Assembly: GCA_963719505.1 (NCBI GenBank)
Contig: CAVRCF010000001.1
Coordinates: forward strand, 1,088,001 to 1,152,000
Source: Halobacteriovoraceae bacterium
Lineage (GTDB): Bacteria; Bdellovibrionota; Bacteriovoracia; Bacteriovoracales; Bacteriovoracaceae
Reading direction: 5' to 3'
DNA length: 64,000 nt
Numbering within the stretch: the stretch's first letter is position 1; each line of letters begins with the position of its first letter. Below, in pieces: positions 39,724 to 49,527 of the stretch. Under the pieces are notes generated by a model, which ran no database searches, was not told where the DNA came from, and saw only the letters and a program-made list of their open reading frames with translations. Both the position numbers and the translations under genes were made by a program.

Positions 39724-39890
39724 GTTAATCCTCCATTTTGATAGTAACTAATGGTATTAGTTGTACCATAGATAACCTCAATCTCTTTTACCGGACGCAA
39801 AATAAATGTGATTTTAAATACGCATTGTCTAATGAATATTGACTTATTCGGGTCTTGTTCCGATGATTGTCCTAAAAAAAGGTTTAAATT

Positions 39891-40871
39891 ATGAGATATA
39901 TAACTTTGTGCGCCATGTTGTTCGTTCTTGTTGGATGTGCAACAAAAAAAGATAAAACAAAAACTTCAGTCCTTTCTCCTGAGATGAAAGAGATGCCCTT
40001 GTGGATTCATAGCATCGATGAAGCCTGCGATAACGATACAGAGATTTGTGCATCATCAGAAGGATCAAGTTCAATAAATGCAGATCTAAATGCAAAAAAT
40101 TCTTTGGCCAGTATCTTTCAAACAAAAATTAAATCTAATCTAACTTTAGAAAAATATGGTTTCACGGCTCCTGAAGCTGAAGCTATTGCCGAGAGAGTTT
40201 CTAATACAGTTAATGAATCTGTAAATGTCCTGCTTAAAGCAACTTATATCAAAGAGCGTTTCACCAAAGACAGTCTGTATTTTTCATTAGCCGTTTTAGA
40301 TAAAGAGAAAGTTAAGAAGTCACTGCGGCTAGAAATCAACGCCCTTGATGATCAACTTGCCTTCATCCACAGTAAGGGGTTGAAAAGTTCTCTTATTAAA
40401 ATGCATGTTCTTCTCAATAAGCGAGAAGCTCTTAACGATAAATTTCTTATTGTTTCCGGAACTAGTATTCCTACGGATATGACATTTTCAAAAATAAGTT
40501 CTTTAAAATACGCAAAAAATAATGTGAATAAAATCTCATTTAGACTTGTGGGTGATGTTCCACGAATTATTGCCAAAAAGATAGAATCGATGTTTTCAGA
40601 AATGGGTTATAAAATTGTGAGCACTGGCAAGCAAGATTACGGCATCAAAATCAAGTACAAAATGAAAGATGAGTACTTAAACGTTAAGGGCTTTAAGAAG
40701 TTTCTTGTCACTTTGAACCTCGAAGCCAAAGCCATTGGAGGGGAGAAGCTTGGAACTTATACGGCACAGACAACAGCTCTTGGCCGAAACCAACAAGATG
40801 CATTTTTAAAAATTAAAGATAAAATTGTTAAAGATATTAGAGATAATATTGATAAACTAAATATGAAATAA
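39891..40871 (+). CDS. LPP20-family lipoprotein
   Basis: Lipobox LVGC, P.WI, ADLNAKNSLA; located next to an LpoB-like gene. Confidence 0.65.
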   Translation: MRYITLCAMLFVLVGCATKKDKTKTSVLSPEMKEMPLWIHSIDEACDNDTEICASSEGSSSINADLNAKNSLASIFQTKIKSNLTLEKYGFTAPEAEAIAERVSNTVNESVNVLLKATYIKERFTKDSLYFSLAVLDKEKVKKSLRLEINALDDQLAFIHSKGLKSSLIKMHVLLNKREALNDKFLIVSGTSIPTDMTFSKISSLKYAKNNVNKISFRLVGDVPRIIAKKIESMFSEMGYKIVSTGKQDYGIKIKYKMKDEYLNVKGFKKFLVTLNLEAKAIGGEKLGTYTAQTTALGRNQQDAFLKIKDKIVKDIRDNIDKLNMK

Positions 40872-40881
40872 AGGATTTAAA

Positions 40882-41487
40882 ATGAAAGTATTAATTATGT
40901 TACTTGCAACTCTTCTTGTATCAAGCTGTGCAAGCTTTAAGGCGGAAAGAGTTGACGCGAAAACGTCTGATGAAAAAGCAATGGAAATTACTGACAATTG
41001 GGTTGCTGAAGACACAAGACGAGCGGTTAAAGAAATTTTAGAACAGATGAAGAATCACAATGGTTTTAAAAAGTATATGAGACGTCATAGTAAAGAGCCA
41101 AAAGTCTTTATCGCAGAAGTGCAAAACAATACTTCTGAAGCTTACTTTCCAATTGATGATATGAATGATGAATTTCTCAATGAAGTCTCAGCTTCTGGAG
41201 ACTTTGTTCTTGTGGACGCCAAGGCGAGAGATGCGATTTTAAAAGAGCTTACTTATCAAAATGACGGAATGGTTGACCCAAGTACAGCTAAGTCAATTGG
41301 TAAACAGCTAGGTGCAGACTTAATGATTTTTGGATCTGTCTACATGAAGCCGGAAAAAAGAGATGGAAAAACTCTTAAAGAGTATTCTGTAAATATCCGT
41401 CTGACAGATATCGAGAAAGGTATTGAAGTCATGAGAACAAGAACAAGAATTTACAAATACTCAGATAAAAAATCTTACGGTTGGTAA
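40882..41487 (+). CDS. lpoB: LpoB-like PBP activator / CsgG-fold lipoprotein
   Basis: Lipobox VSSC, QNNTSE, GMVDPSTAKSIGKQLGAD. Confidence 0.8.
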   Translation: MKVLIMLLATLLVSSCASFKAERVDAKTSDEKAMEITDNWVAEDTRRAVKEILEQMKNHNGFKKYMRRHSKEPKVFIAEVQNNTSEAYFPIDDMNDEFLNEVSASGDFVLVDAKARDAILKELTYQNDGMVDPSTAKSIGKQLGADLMIFGSVYMKPEKRDGKTLKEYSVNIRLTDIEKGIEVMRTRTRIYKYSDKKSYGW

Positions 41488-41494
41488 GAGTTAA

Positions 41495-43138
41495 ATGAGC
41501 AAAACCCTTCTTTTATCGCTTCTATTTTTGCTGAGCAGTGCTTGCTCCATAAAAAGTAGAAGCGAACAAAAACAGCTGCGAGATCTTTTTACTCAAAGAC
41601 AGTATACAAAAGCTTTAGAGTTTTTAGAAACCACTGACTTAAAAAAAGAGCCAACAAACAAGTTGTTATACTTAATGGAAAAAGGCCGAATCCTCTTTGC
41701 TAGTGAAAAATACAAAGAGGCTGCTGCTATTTTTATTGAGGCCAATGAGTTGGTAGATAAACTGTATACAAAAAGTATTAAGCAAGAAATAGCTTCGGCT
41801 TTGCTTAGTGATAATTCTAAAAATTATTACGGTTCGATCTTTGAAAGGTCTATGCTTTATTATTATCAAGCAATGTCGTTTCTAAAGCTCTACGAGCTAG
41901 AGGAATTACCTTCGGAGAAAAATAAGTTTCTGTATCAAGCTCGAGCATCTCTTCTGGCCTGGGACAGTTTTTTTCAAGACATTAGTAGACGCTCGGGATT
42001 GAAAACGCTCTATAAAGACTCGCTGGTTGGAAAAGTCCTGGCCGCTTCAGTTCATGAGTTGATAGGAAAGACTAGCGATAGAAATATTGCGCTTCAACTT
42101 TATAAAGATGCACTGTCGATTTTAAAAACTCAGGGACTGACTTATAAAAATCTTAACTCTAAGTCTGTTGAATACATTACAGCTCTTAAAGACAACAAAA
42201 AAACCGATGCCTCAACAATATCAAAAACGAAAAATTATGAATCACTTGAAGACTTTCTTCATTTTAAAATTTTGTCTTTGACGAAGTCACTTCGCTCTTA
42301 TGAATTTGCTAAGGTTCAAAAAAGGCTAAATCCCTCTAAGCAGGTCAAAGCTGAACTAAAGAAAGCCTCTAATGTTGATATTTTTTTGGAAGAGGGAGTT
42401 ATCAATCCTATCGAAGCCAAAATGTATTCCTATACTTTAAAGTCGGCTATCGATTCAATTGAAAACTCAAATACAAGAGCCGTGGTGGCTGGCATAGGTC
42501 TTCCGGTACTATCCTACTTTGCAATGGGACCTCTGGGACTTGGCGTTCGAGCAACCTCTGGCACAACAGCTTTTTATGGAGGACATAACTTAGGCTCCGC
42601 CGTTACACAGGAGGCTGGTATTGAGTTTGAGATGCCCTCGGCAATCGAGCCCAGTATTGAGAAGATTGAGACCATAGAGTTCTACAACGAAAGCGGAGAA
42701 AAGTTGATTACCTCTGATTCATTCACTTTGTATGGAGCTTTAAACGATATTGAGTTTTTACAAGCCAATGAGAGGGCCAGTAATTCCTATGCTAAAGTTG
42801 GGGCCAAGGTCGCTATAAAGCATATCGTGGCCATCATTGCGGCTTTTAAAACATACGACCATATAAAAAAATCAAGCGGAGAGCTCTTTGCTAAGCCGGC
42901 AGCCTTTACTCAATACATTCTTTCAGCAAAGGCAATAGCAGCGTCTGAGAAAGCTGATGTGAGACATTGGACCACCTTACCAGCTGCTCTTAGAACGAGT
43001 TCAAGTTCGCTAGCGCCTGGGAAATACAAGGTGAAGCTTAAGACAGATACTGGGGCAAAAAGCTCAGTCTTAGTTGAGCTGGGTAGCATCGAAGTGACTA
43101 AAGAGCCTAGGCAAGTTTTTACCTTTTCGCGAAATTAA
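41495..43138 (+). CDS. COG3014-like TPR lipoprotein
   Basis: LYLMEKG, YYG..FERSM, EKADVRHWTTLP. Confidence 0.78.
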   Translation: MSKTLLLSLLFLLSSACSIKSRSEQKQLRDLFTQRQYTKALEFLETTDLKKEPTNKLLYLMEKGRILFASEKYKEAAAIFIEANELVDKLYTKSIKQEIASALLSDNSKNYYGSIFERSMLYYYQAMSFLKLYELEELPSEKNKFLYQARASLLAWDSFFQDISRRSGLKTLYKDSLVGKVLAASVHELIGKTSDRNIALQLYKDALSILKTQGLTYKNLNSKSVEYITALKDNKKTDASTISKTKNYESLEDFLHFKILSLTKSLRSYEFAKVQKRLNPSKQVKAELKKASNVDIFLEEGVINPIEAKMYSYTLKSAIDSIENSNTRAVVAGIGLPVLSYFAMGPLGLGVRATSGTTAFYGGHNLGSAVTQEAGIEFEMPSAIEPSIEKIETIEFYNESGEKLITSDSFTLYGALNDIEFLQANERASNSYAKVGAKVAIKHIVAIIAAFKTYDHIKKSSGELFAKPAAFTQYILSAKAIAASEKADVRHWTTLPAALRTSSSSLAPGKYKVKLKTDTGAKSSVLVELGSIEVTKEPRQVFTFSRN

Positions 43139-43173
43139 TTTAATACCTGCACTTTCACTCCGATACAGTTGGA

Positions 43174-44082
43174 GTGAAAACGATATTTATACTGATGATA
43201 TTTACTTTAAACTCTTCCTTTGCAAATGGTATTGTCCATTTGGATGGGCAATTGAGCCAATCATTAAAGTGGACTAAATATAGTAAAGACGAAAAACTAA
43301 ATCTTAAATTTTTGCTTCTCTATCTCGCTAAATCCGATACAGGTAGGGATCTCATCAGAGCCGCTAACAATAAGGCAAAGTCTTATGGATTAGGACTTTA
43401 TGATATTATTTTACCTGGTCGAGGATCAATAACGGATACGACTTTAATTAGAAGATTTAGTCAGGATAATCCAGACAATATCTCATACGAATCACGTTCT
43501 AAAGTTTACATCAATAGTGAACTTAACCAATATGATGCTCTTCTGGATCTTTCCCATGAATTGACACATTTTGTTCATCGAACGGCTTTTAATCCATACG
43601 ATCATAAATTCACCTTACCAAAGTTTATAGAAAGCACAGTTGAGGGAGAGGGCGGTGAGGTCCATGCCTTTTTAACCGAGTGCAAGGTTCTCCATGAGCT
43701 TTTCCCAAAACGAGTTCAGTCGAGATACAATTGCAAAAAAATTATAAGTGCTGATACAGGAAAAATATCAAAAGATATTGCCGTCAAAAAGTTCTATTCG
43801 ATAGGCCCTTATTACTCAAATTTTAAAACGAAACTTGATCTTCATGGGATTGCAGGAGACTTTCCCCTCATCTCGAGAAGTGAAGTCGGCTTCGTCTCTT
43901 CTGCTTATGGTATGCCTTACCCCGTCGCTGCTTACCACGAATATCAAAGCGTGTTAACGAAAGTTTGTGAGAATGATAAGCGAAGAATTGCGTATATGAA
44001 AGTTGGTGAGAAGGGAAGAACTCCGGCATCTATTTCAAAAGTAAAATCTGAATACTTGGATCGATGCTCAAGTCTAGAATAG
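43174..44082 (+). CDS. Secreted HExxH metallopeptidase-like protein
   Basis: Signal peptide; SHELTH...GEVHAF. Confidence 0.68.
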   Translation: MKTIFILMIFTLNSSFANGIVHLDGQLSQSLKWTKYSKDEKLNLKFLLLYLAKSDTGRDLIRAANNKAKSYGLGLYDIILPGRGSITDTTLIRRFSQDNPDNISYESRSKVYINSELNQYDALLDLSHELTHFVHRTAFNPYDHKFTLPKFIESTVEGEGGEVHAFLTECKVLHELFPKRVQSRYNCKKIISADTGKISKDIAVKKFYSIGPYYSNFKTKLDLHGIAGDFPLISRSEVGFVSSAYGMPYPVAAYHEYQSVLTKVCENDKRRIAYMKVGEKGRTPASISKVKSEYLDRCSSLE

Positions 44083-44088
44083 AATCAA

Positions 44089-44463
44089 CTAGTCCTCAAA
44101 GTGATGAATACCATCAACAACGAGTTTACCTTTACTATTTAATTTAAGAACGAACCAATTATCCCCAAACGTCGATTCACTTTTCTCTTTAATATTTACA
44201 AAGTACAGCTCGTCGACGGCACCTTTTTGAACTTTGATATCAAAATCACCCAGCTTTTTCTTTGCTTTTTTGGATTGAAAAGTATCTTTAATAAAACCGT
44301 TGAGTGTCTGAGCTTTAAAGTAAGACTCTGAAACATTGTCTTTGTAAGTTTCAAGGTCTTTGTTAAAAATAGATTCTATATAAGCCTTAGAAACTTTGGT
44401 TGCATCCTCTTTAGAGGCAGCCAGGCAAAGAGAGGAGAGCATAAGAAAGATTAGAACCTTCAT
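44089..44463 (-). CDS. Small exported protein (possible NTF2-like fold)
   Basis: Signal peptide; ATGA overlap with the amidase stop codon. Confidence 0.7.
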   Translation of the reverse strand: MKVLIFLMLSSLCLAASKEDATKVSKAYIESIFNKDLETYKDNVSESYFKAQTLNGFIKDTFQSKKAKKKLGDFDIKVQKGAVDELYFVNIKEKSESTFGDNWFVLKLNSKGKLVVDGIHHFED

Positions 44464-46511
44464 ATATTCAACTCCTTTACAATCTCATCCTTCTCATCAT
44501 AGAGCCTATCGAGGATTTGATTTGCTCTTACGATCTCCGATGCTCTGTGAGTGCTAGGAAGAGAGTCTTTAAAAATCTCTGTATTGATTTCTAATATAAG
44601 GGCTTCTTGTGTCTTTATCTTATTCATCAGAGCTATAAACTCAGAGTAGGCTGGCTTATATCTATAGCTTACAGCTCTTCCCACTCTTACTTTTTCCAGA
44701 TGTTTATACTTTGAGTTTTTGTACTTGTTAAATTCTTCATCTTTAGAGAGATAAACCTCTAATCCCGTTATTCGACCAACTTCACTAAGTATTTCTTGAA
44801 CTGTTCCTGGGCAAGCTGTGTTTTTAAAGTAGTTATGTGGAACAAGTTTTTTTATATTTGGGTAGTCTTTCTTGAGTGCTTTTACTAAAGCGACAAGTTT
44901 AGGAACAAGTGCATGTTTGACCTTTGATATGTTTACTTTCTGTGCTCGATAAATTTCTGTGCCGTAGAAAGTTCTACTTTGGTGAGTGTCAAAGTTTCCA
45001 ACCACAGCAACACCAATTGATGTCATATTACCACTGAGAGAACCATCTTCATTGACGTCAGCAACATTACTTGTGGTCATGGCACATTTAAACTTATTGT
45101 TTTTAAAGCTTGTATCTTCACAGATATTTTTTGTCGTTATATTTGATCTATTGCTTTGAACTTGAGTTAAATCTTCTTTGCAGTTATAAGACTGAAAAGT
45201 TGAATAGAGAGAATTAATTTTTTCTGGTCCAAGGGGGAGTGTGTCTCCTCCTGCATGGGCACCTCTAAATGCAGGATTTCGACCCTGTATAATAGCGGGC
45301 TTTTCTAAACTTGAACCATTTGATCCCATTCCAATGAGATAGTTGTAGCCGACCATATACCATGAGCTGTTGGCCGTTGTTCTGTTCACGTGCATTTTAT
45401 GAATAGCTTCGGCATTTGTGTTTAGATTCGTTCCATCTCCAGTATGATGAACGACAACAGTATCGATAATATCAGGGCCTCTCATATTGTAAGTTGCATC
45501 TTCAGTCGGCTTTTTCGTCTTAAAGTAATCAATTTTTATTGGACATAAGCGGTCGACAAAACTTCTTTGGTCCAAGTCCACAGGTGGTGTTGGAGTTATA
45601 AGTGTAGGCTTAACAGGCTTAAAAATTGTGTTGAGATCTTTTGAGTTTAAAATATCAGCGATATCGGTTAGATCTCTTTTAAGAGTCGGTGTAGGAGCGA
45701 CATCAATCATATTTGCTGGGCAAAAGTTATTTTCATTATTCTCCAGAACTAATGCTCTAAAGTCAGATTTGCTACAGTAGTCCTTATAGTCTTCAAAATT
45801 CTCAGAATAGATAGAGACGATTGAGTCCATTATTTCTTTTTGAATAGAATCAAGTTTTCTACTGACCTGACTTAACGAGTCCGACTTATCAGAAAAACGT
45901 TTTGTGCTATTGGGATTAAAGGATTTTAAGGCACGTGAGGTTTCCTTAATGTTATTTATAATTTGTTGATTTTCATGATCGAGTCTTCCTATTTCGTCCA
46001 CAAGTTTAGATGTGGCTAGATCCCAAGAGTCGAGTTTTAAGTTTTCAGGGAGATTTTTAAAAAGTTCAGGCTGACTTCTTTGAAGTTCTTTCCATCTTTT
46101 AACAATGGTAAAATATCCTTCGATTTCTACATCTTCAGGGTCTGGGCTATTAGTTAGCCAATCAAAAAAGCCATAATTCATAAAGCTTCTATAGGGTTTG
46201 TTTTTTAAAAGATAGCTCTCGAATTCAGGATCAAGGTTTTTCATGGACAGCCACATTTTTGCCAGCTCTGGTTGATCATCTAGAGAGTTTGTATCAAAGT
46301 TTTTTAGTGTTGAGATGACGGAAGCTAAAAGCTTCTTCTTTGTTCGCTCTATTGATTTATCGAGATTTTTTACGGTTAAATCTTTATAGACCCAATCGAG
46401 AACTTTTTGACATAGCTCCCTGCTGTTCAAACCCGATGTTTGAGCGGTGGCCTGAACATTGATCATGCATATCAAAACCAGAACGAGTGAATGTCGAAAA
46501 AAAGACTTCAT
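44460..46511 (-). CDS. Secreted N-acetylmuramoyl-L-alanine amidase (Amidase_2/PGRP) with a long N-terminal helical domain
   Basis: VVHHT, GYNYLI, GAHA, SIGVAVVGNF, PH..TACPG. Confidence 0.85.
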   Translation of the reverse strand: MKSFFRHSLVLVLICMINVQATAQTSGLNSRELCQKVLDWVYKDLTVKNLDKSIERTKKKLLASVISTLKNFDTNSLDDQPELAKMWLSMKNLDPEFESYLLKNKPYRSFMNYGFFDWLTNSPDPEDVEIEGYFTIVKRWKELQRSQPELFKNLPENLKLDSWDLATSKLVDEIGRLDHENQQIINNIKETSRALKSFNPNSTKRFSDKSDSLSQVSRKLDSIQKEIMDSIVSIYSENFEDYKDYCSKSDFRALVLENNENNFCPANMIDVAPTPTLKRDLTDIADILNSKDLNTIFKPVKPTLITPTPPVDLDQRSFVDRLCPIKIDYFKTKKPTEDATYNMRGPDIIDTVVVHHTGDGTNLNTNAEAIHKMHVNRTTANSSWYMVGYNYLIGMGSNGSSLEKPAIIQGRNPAFRGAHAGGDTLPLGPEKINSLYSTFQSYNCKEDLTQVQSNRSNITTKNICEDTSFKNNKFKCAMTTSNVADVNEDGSLSGNMTSIGVAVVGNFDTHQSRTFYGTEIYRAQKVNISKVKHALVPKLVALVKALKKDYPNIKKLVPHNYFKNTACPGTVQEILSEVGRITGLEVYLSKDEEFNKYKNSKYKHLEKVRVGRAVSYRYKPAYSEFIALMNKIKTQEALILEINTEIFKDSLPSTHRASEIVRANQILDRLYDEKDEIVKELNI

Positions 46512-46517
46512 GCTCTC

Positions 46518-46545
46518 TTATCGGGTCAATGCGTAGAATACTTAA
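46518..46545 (-). promoter_or_regulatory. sigma28 (FliA)-like promoter
   Basis: TAAG-N15-CCCGATAA, only 6 bp before the amidase ATG (implies a nearly leaderless mRNA). Confidence 0.45.
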
Positions 46546-46585
46546 GCTAAATTGTTTGGTATTTGGTGTCTGTAAGTTGTTGGAA

Positions 46586-46945
46586 TTAATCATCTCCCAG
46601 ATTGATCGTGATATTTTCGAAGACCATTTTCTCTAAATAATCAATTTCGATAACAGCATCTTTATGTTTGCGGTTGGCCCTATCTTCCCATGTGTCGTAG
46701 ACCAAATGGCCTTTAATAAAAACTTTATCTCCCTTTGAGAGCATCGTTTTGTTATTTTCAGCTTGCTTACCCCAGCGTCTGCACTTGTGCCAAAATGTTT
46801 TTGGCTTGAGGTCTTTGGGAGCAGTGGCTTTTAACCTTTCACTGACTCCGACTGAAAGAGTAAGAACGGCAGTATTATTTTTAGTGTACTTCAGTTCAGG
46901 GTCAGTCCCTAAGAATCCAATAATTGTAATTTCAGAAAAGCTCAT
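46586..46945 (-). CDS. ssb: Short single-stranded DNA-binding protein
   Basis: IGFLGTDPEL, TFWH, WGKQAE, KGDKVFIKG; no long tail. Confidence 0.88.
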   Translation of the reverse strand: MSFSEITIIGFLGTDPELKYTKNNTAVLTLSVGVSERLKATAPKDLKPKTFWHKCRRWGKQAENNKTMLSKGDKVFIKGHLVYDTWEDRANRKHKDAVIEIDYLEKMVFENITINLGDD

Positions 46946-46952
46946 ATTATCC

Positions 46953-47738
46953 TTATGACGAAGCGGAACTATAGACCTTTAAGCCTCGTTTCCATATAAA
47001 AAGACTAGTACAAAACAAGGCCAAAGTCATCCCAACCACTGTTAACACAATTTCCCAAGTCGCCTCTTCTAGTAGGAATGATGCTGGATACGAAGCCATG
47101 ACTCCAAAAGGTAAAATATAGAGAAAGGCAAATCTAGCTGGGCCTTTGAAAATCTTCATCGGTCTCTCCATCACATGGGAGGCGGCAAAAAAGACATCTG
47201 CAAAACCTCTAGGGGAGCCAGACCAAAAGACACTTAGAAGAAACATTAGGTGCACAAGAAAGTACATCAAAGTTCCAAATAAAAGTAAGACGATAAAGCC
47301 TATAATTTTGAAGGTTGAAAATTCGCCGGGGTAGCTGACAATCATCGTTGTTAAAAGTGCGCAGGCTATGATGAGATTAACAAAAGAGTTTGCCGCGAAG
47401 TCCTTAAAAGAGAGGAAGAAAAGTGTTGAGACAGGCTTTGTAAGATAATAGTCTAAGTCACCTCTGTTTATATAAATAGGAAGCCACCAACAGTTGGTTG
47501 AAAATACAGTCATATGAAGTGCATCAATAAAAATATAGCCCGCAATAAATATAGACATCTGGTCCATATCCCAACCGGCAAGGGTATTCGTGTGAAGATA
47601 CAACACATTAAAGAAAAGAAATTGAACAAGATAGAAAATGCAATCCATCAATATTCGAAAGCAAAAATCCAATCTAAACTGCAGAGCTTTACTAAAAGAG
47701 AATTGAAGAAAGTAGGCATATAGTCTTAAATATCTCAT
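46953..47738 (-). CDS. ABC-2 family permease
   Basis: GDLDYYLTKP, multiple TMs, YSSASS end. Confidence 0.88.
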   Translation of the reverse strand: MRYLRLYAYFLQFSFSKALQFRLDFCFRILMDCIFYLVQFLFFNVLYLHTNTLAGWDMDQMSIFIAGYIFIDALHMTVFSTNCWWLPIYINRGDLDYYLTKPVSTLFFLSFKDFAANSFVNLIIACALLTTMIVSYPGEFSTFKIIGFIVLLLFGTLMYFLVHLMFLLSVFWSGSPRGFADVFFAASHVMERPMKIFKGPARFAFLYILPFGVMASYPASFLLEEATWEIVLTVVGMTLALFCTSLFIWKRGLKVYSSASS

Positions 47739-48547
47739 ATGCCGACCCCAGTATATTGATACTTTCCTTTAGTCCAAATAAAGTGAGAGAGTGCGGCAAA
47801 TAAACCCATCCAAAGAAGAAGTATGCCCAAACTTTGAAAATAAGAAAAATACGTAAATTCCCCAAAAAAGACTTTCATCGGAAAATTTATCATGTAAGGA
47901 AAAGGCGTATAATTCAATATCTCTAGAGACCACTGAGGAAAAAAGGAAATGGGAATAATCGCTCCACCAAAGAAGCTTGTAATAAAACGAGTCACTACGC
48001 CTAGTGACCAGATATTATCAGCCCAAAAAGCAAGGAGCTCAGTAATTGAATTGAGAAAAAAGTAAGTGATGGAAGAGACAATTAAGACAATAACAAAAAG
48101 AGTAAGATTTACAAATGAGAAGGAGACCTCTGATTTAGTATCAAAGAAAACCGAGTAAATAAAAGTTAGAGCAAATAACTGAAAAATAAAAAATGAAGAA
48201 TGTGCAAGGTAGGTTGCAATTTTATAGAGATAAAAACTTAAAGGGTAGAGGAGAAACTTATTGAGTCTTCCCTCGTAAATATCACCTGAGATAGCCCCAA
48301 TCGTCTCTCCCTGCTGCAATCGAAAAACGATGGGAACGATGAGGTAGTAAAAAAAGATTTTATTGAGGGTGAAGCCATTAATTGAGTCCACACCTTGCGC
48401 TTCAAAAATACTTGACCATAGGTAGAAAGCGATGAGTATGGAAAAAATAGTTTGACCAAGAAAGTTAATCCAAAAGTCAGACCTGTAGGTAATAAGTTTC
48501 CTAAGTTCCATCAAATAGATATTTCTAAAGGTCGATAGGCCACTCAT
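47735..48547 (-). CDS. ABC-2 family permease
   Basis: IYEGRL..LLYP, GAIIPISFFP, multiple TMs. Confidence 0.88.
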   Translation of the reverse strand: MSGLSTFRNIYLMELRKLITYRSDFWINFLGQTIFSILIAFYLWSSIFEAQGVDSINGFTLNKIFFYYLIVPIVFRLQQGETIGAISGDIYEGRLNKFLLYPLSFYLYKIATYLAHSSFFIFQLFALTFIYSVFFDTKSEVSFSFVNLTLFVIVLIVSSITYFFLNSITELLAFWADNIWSLGVVTRFITSFFGGAIIPISFFPQWSLEILNYTPFPYMINFPMKVFFGEFTYFSYFQSLGILLLWMGLFAALSHFIWTKGKYQYTGVGI

Positions 48548-49527
48548 TAGTGAGTTTCTTTCTTCATAATTTCTTCAATAATTGATCCAATATCTTCTTC
48601 TTGGATACTTAAATCAATAACTGAGATTGAGTTCATAAGACTTTTAGAGACCTCAATGGCAAGCTCTTTAGGTGCGTAGATGGTTATGATTCCGCCTTGG
48701 AAGGAGGTTTCACAGTGTTCAAAATATAAGGCTTTGGCTTTATCAAAATCTTCTAAAGAGATAGAAGCTCTAATAAGTCTATTTGTCGCGTACTCTTGTT
48801 TGATTTTTTGAATAGATCCATCAAAGATAAAGGTTCCCTCTTTCATAATAACAACTCTTTCACAAAGTTCTTCAATGTCCTCCATGTAGTGCGAGGTTAA
48901 AATCATGATGGGCTTATGTTTTTCTCGATATTCTTTTATAAACTTGCGAACGGCTTTTTGAGCGAGAAGATCGAGTCCTATTGTGGGCTCATCTAAAAAA
49001 ACGACTTTAGGTTTGTGTAAAAGTGCAGCAATAAGCTCTACTTTCATTCTCTCTCCAAGTGAGAGCTTGCGAACTTGAACCTTTAATTGGTCTTGGACCA
49101 TAAGACACTGTGAAAGATAATCAACCGATTCGCGAAACTCTTGGTCTGGAATTTTATAGATTTCTTTTAAAAGTAAAAAGCCATCCATTGCAGGAAGGTC
49201 CCACCATAGCTGAGCTTTTTGGCCCATGATAAGTGACATCTGGCGTCTATATCTATTGTCTTTTTTCCATGGGTCAAAGCCCACAACGGATACTTCTCCC
49301 GACGATGGGTGGATGATTCCAGAGAGAATTTTTGTAAGCGTTGTTTTTCCAGCACCATTAGATCCAATAAGACCAATGATTTCACCAGGATTAACCGTGA
49401 GATTGATGTCTTTAAGAGCTTGCTTTGTAATATACTTTCTAGAGAAGAGTGATTTTAAAGAACCGAGAAACCCCGGCTCTTTTGTATGAACTTTAAACGT
49501 TTTTGATAAGTTTTTGACTTGAATCAT
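48547..49527 (-). CDS. ABC transporter ATP-binding protein
   Basis: GSNGAGKT, LSLGER, LDEPTIGLD. Confidence 0.95.
   Translation of the reverse strand: MIQVKNLSKTFKVHTKEPGFLGSLKSLFSRKYITKQALKDINLTVNPGEIIGLIGSNGAGKTTLTKILSGIIHPSSGEVSVVGFDPWKKDNRYRRQMSLIMGQKAQLWWDLPAMDGFLLLKEIYKIPDQEFRESVDYLSQCLMVQDQLKVQVRKLSLGERMKVELIAALLHKPKVVFLDEPTIGLDLLAQKAVRKFIKEYREKHKPIMILTSHYMEDIEELCERVVIMKEGTFIFDGSIQKIKQEYATNRLIRASISLEDFDKAKALYFEHCETSFQGGIITIYAPKELAIEVSKSLMNSISVIDLSIQEEDIGSIIEEIMKKETH

Noticed and set aside
39840-39866. FliA-like TCCGATGA upstream of the LPP20 gene
   Set aside because: The -35 element does not match
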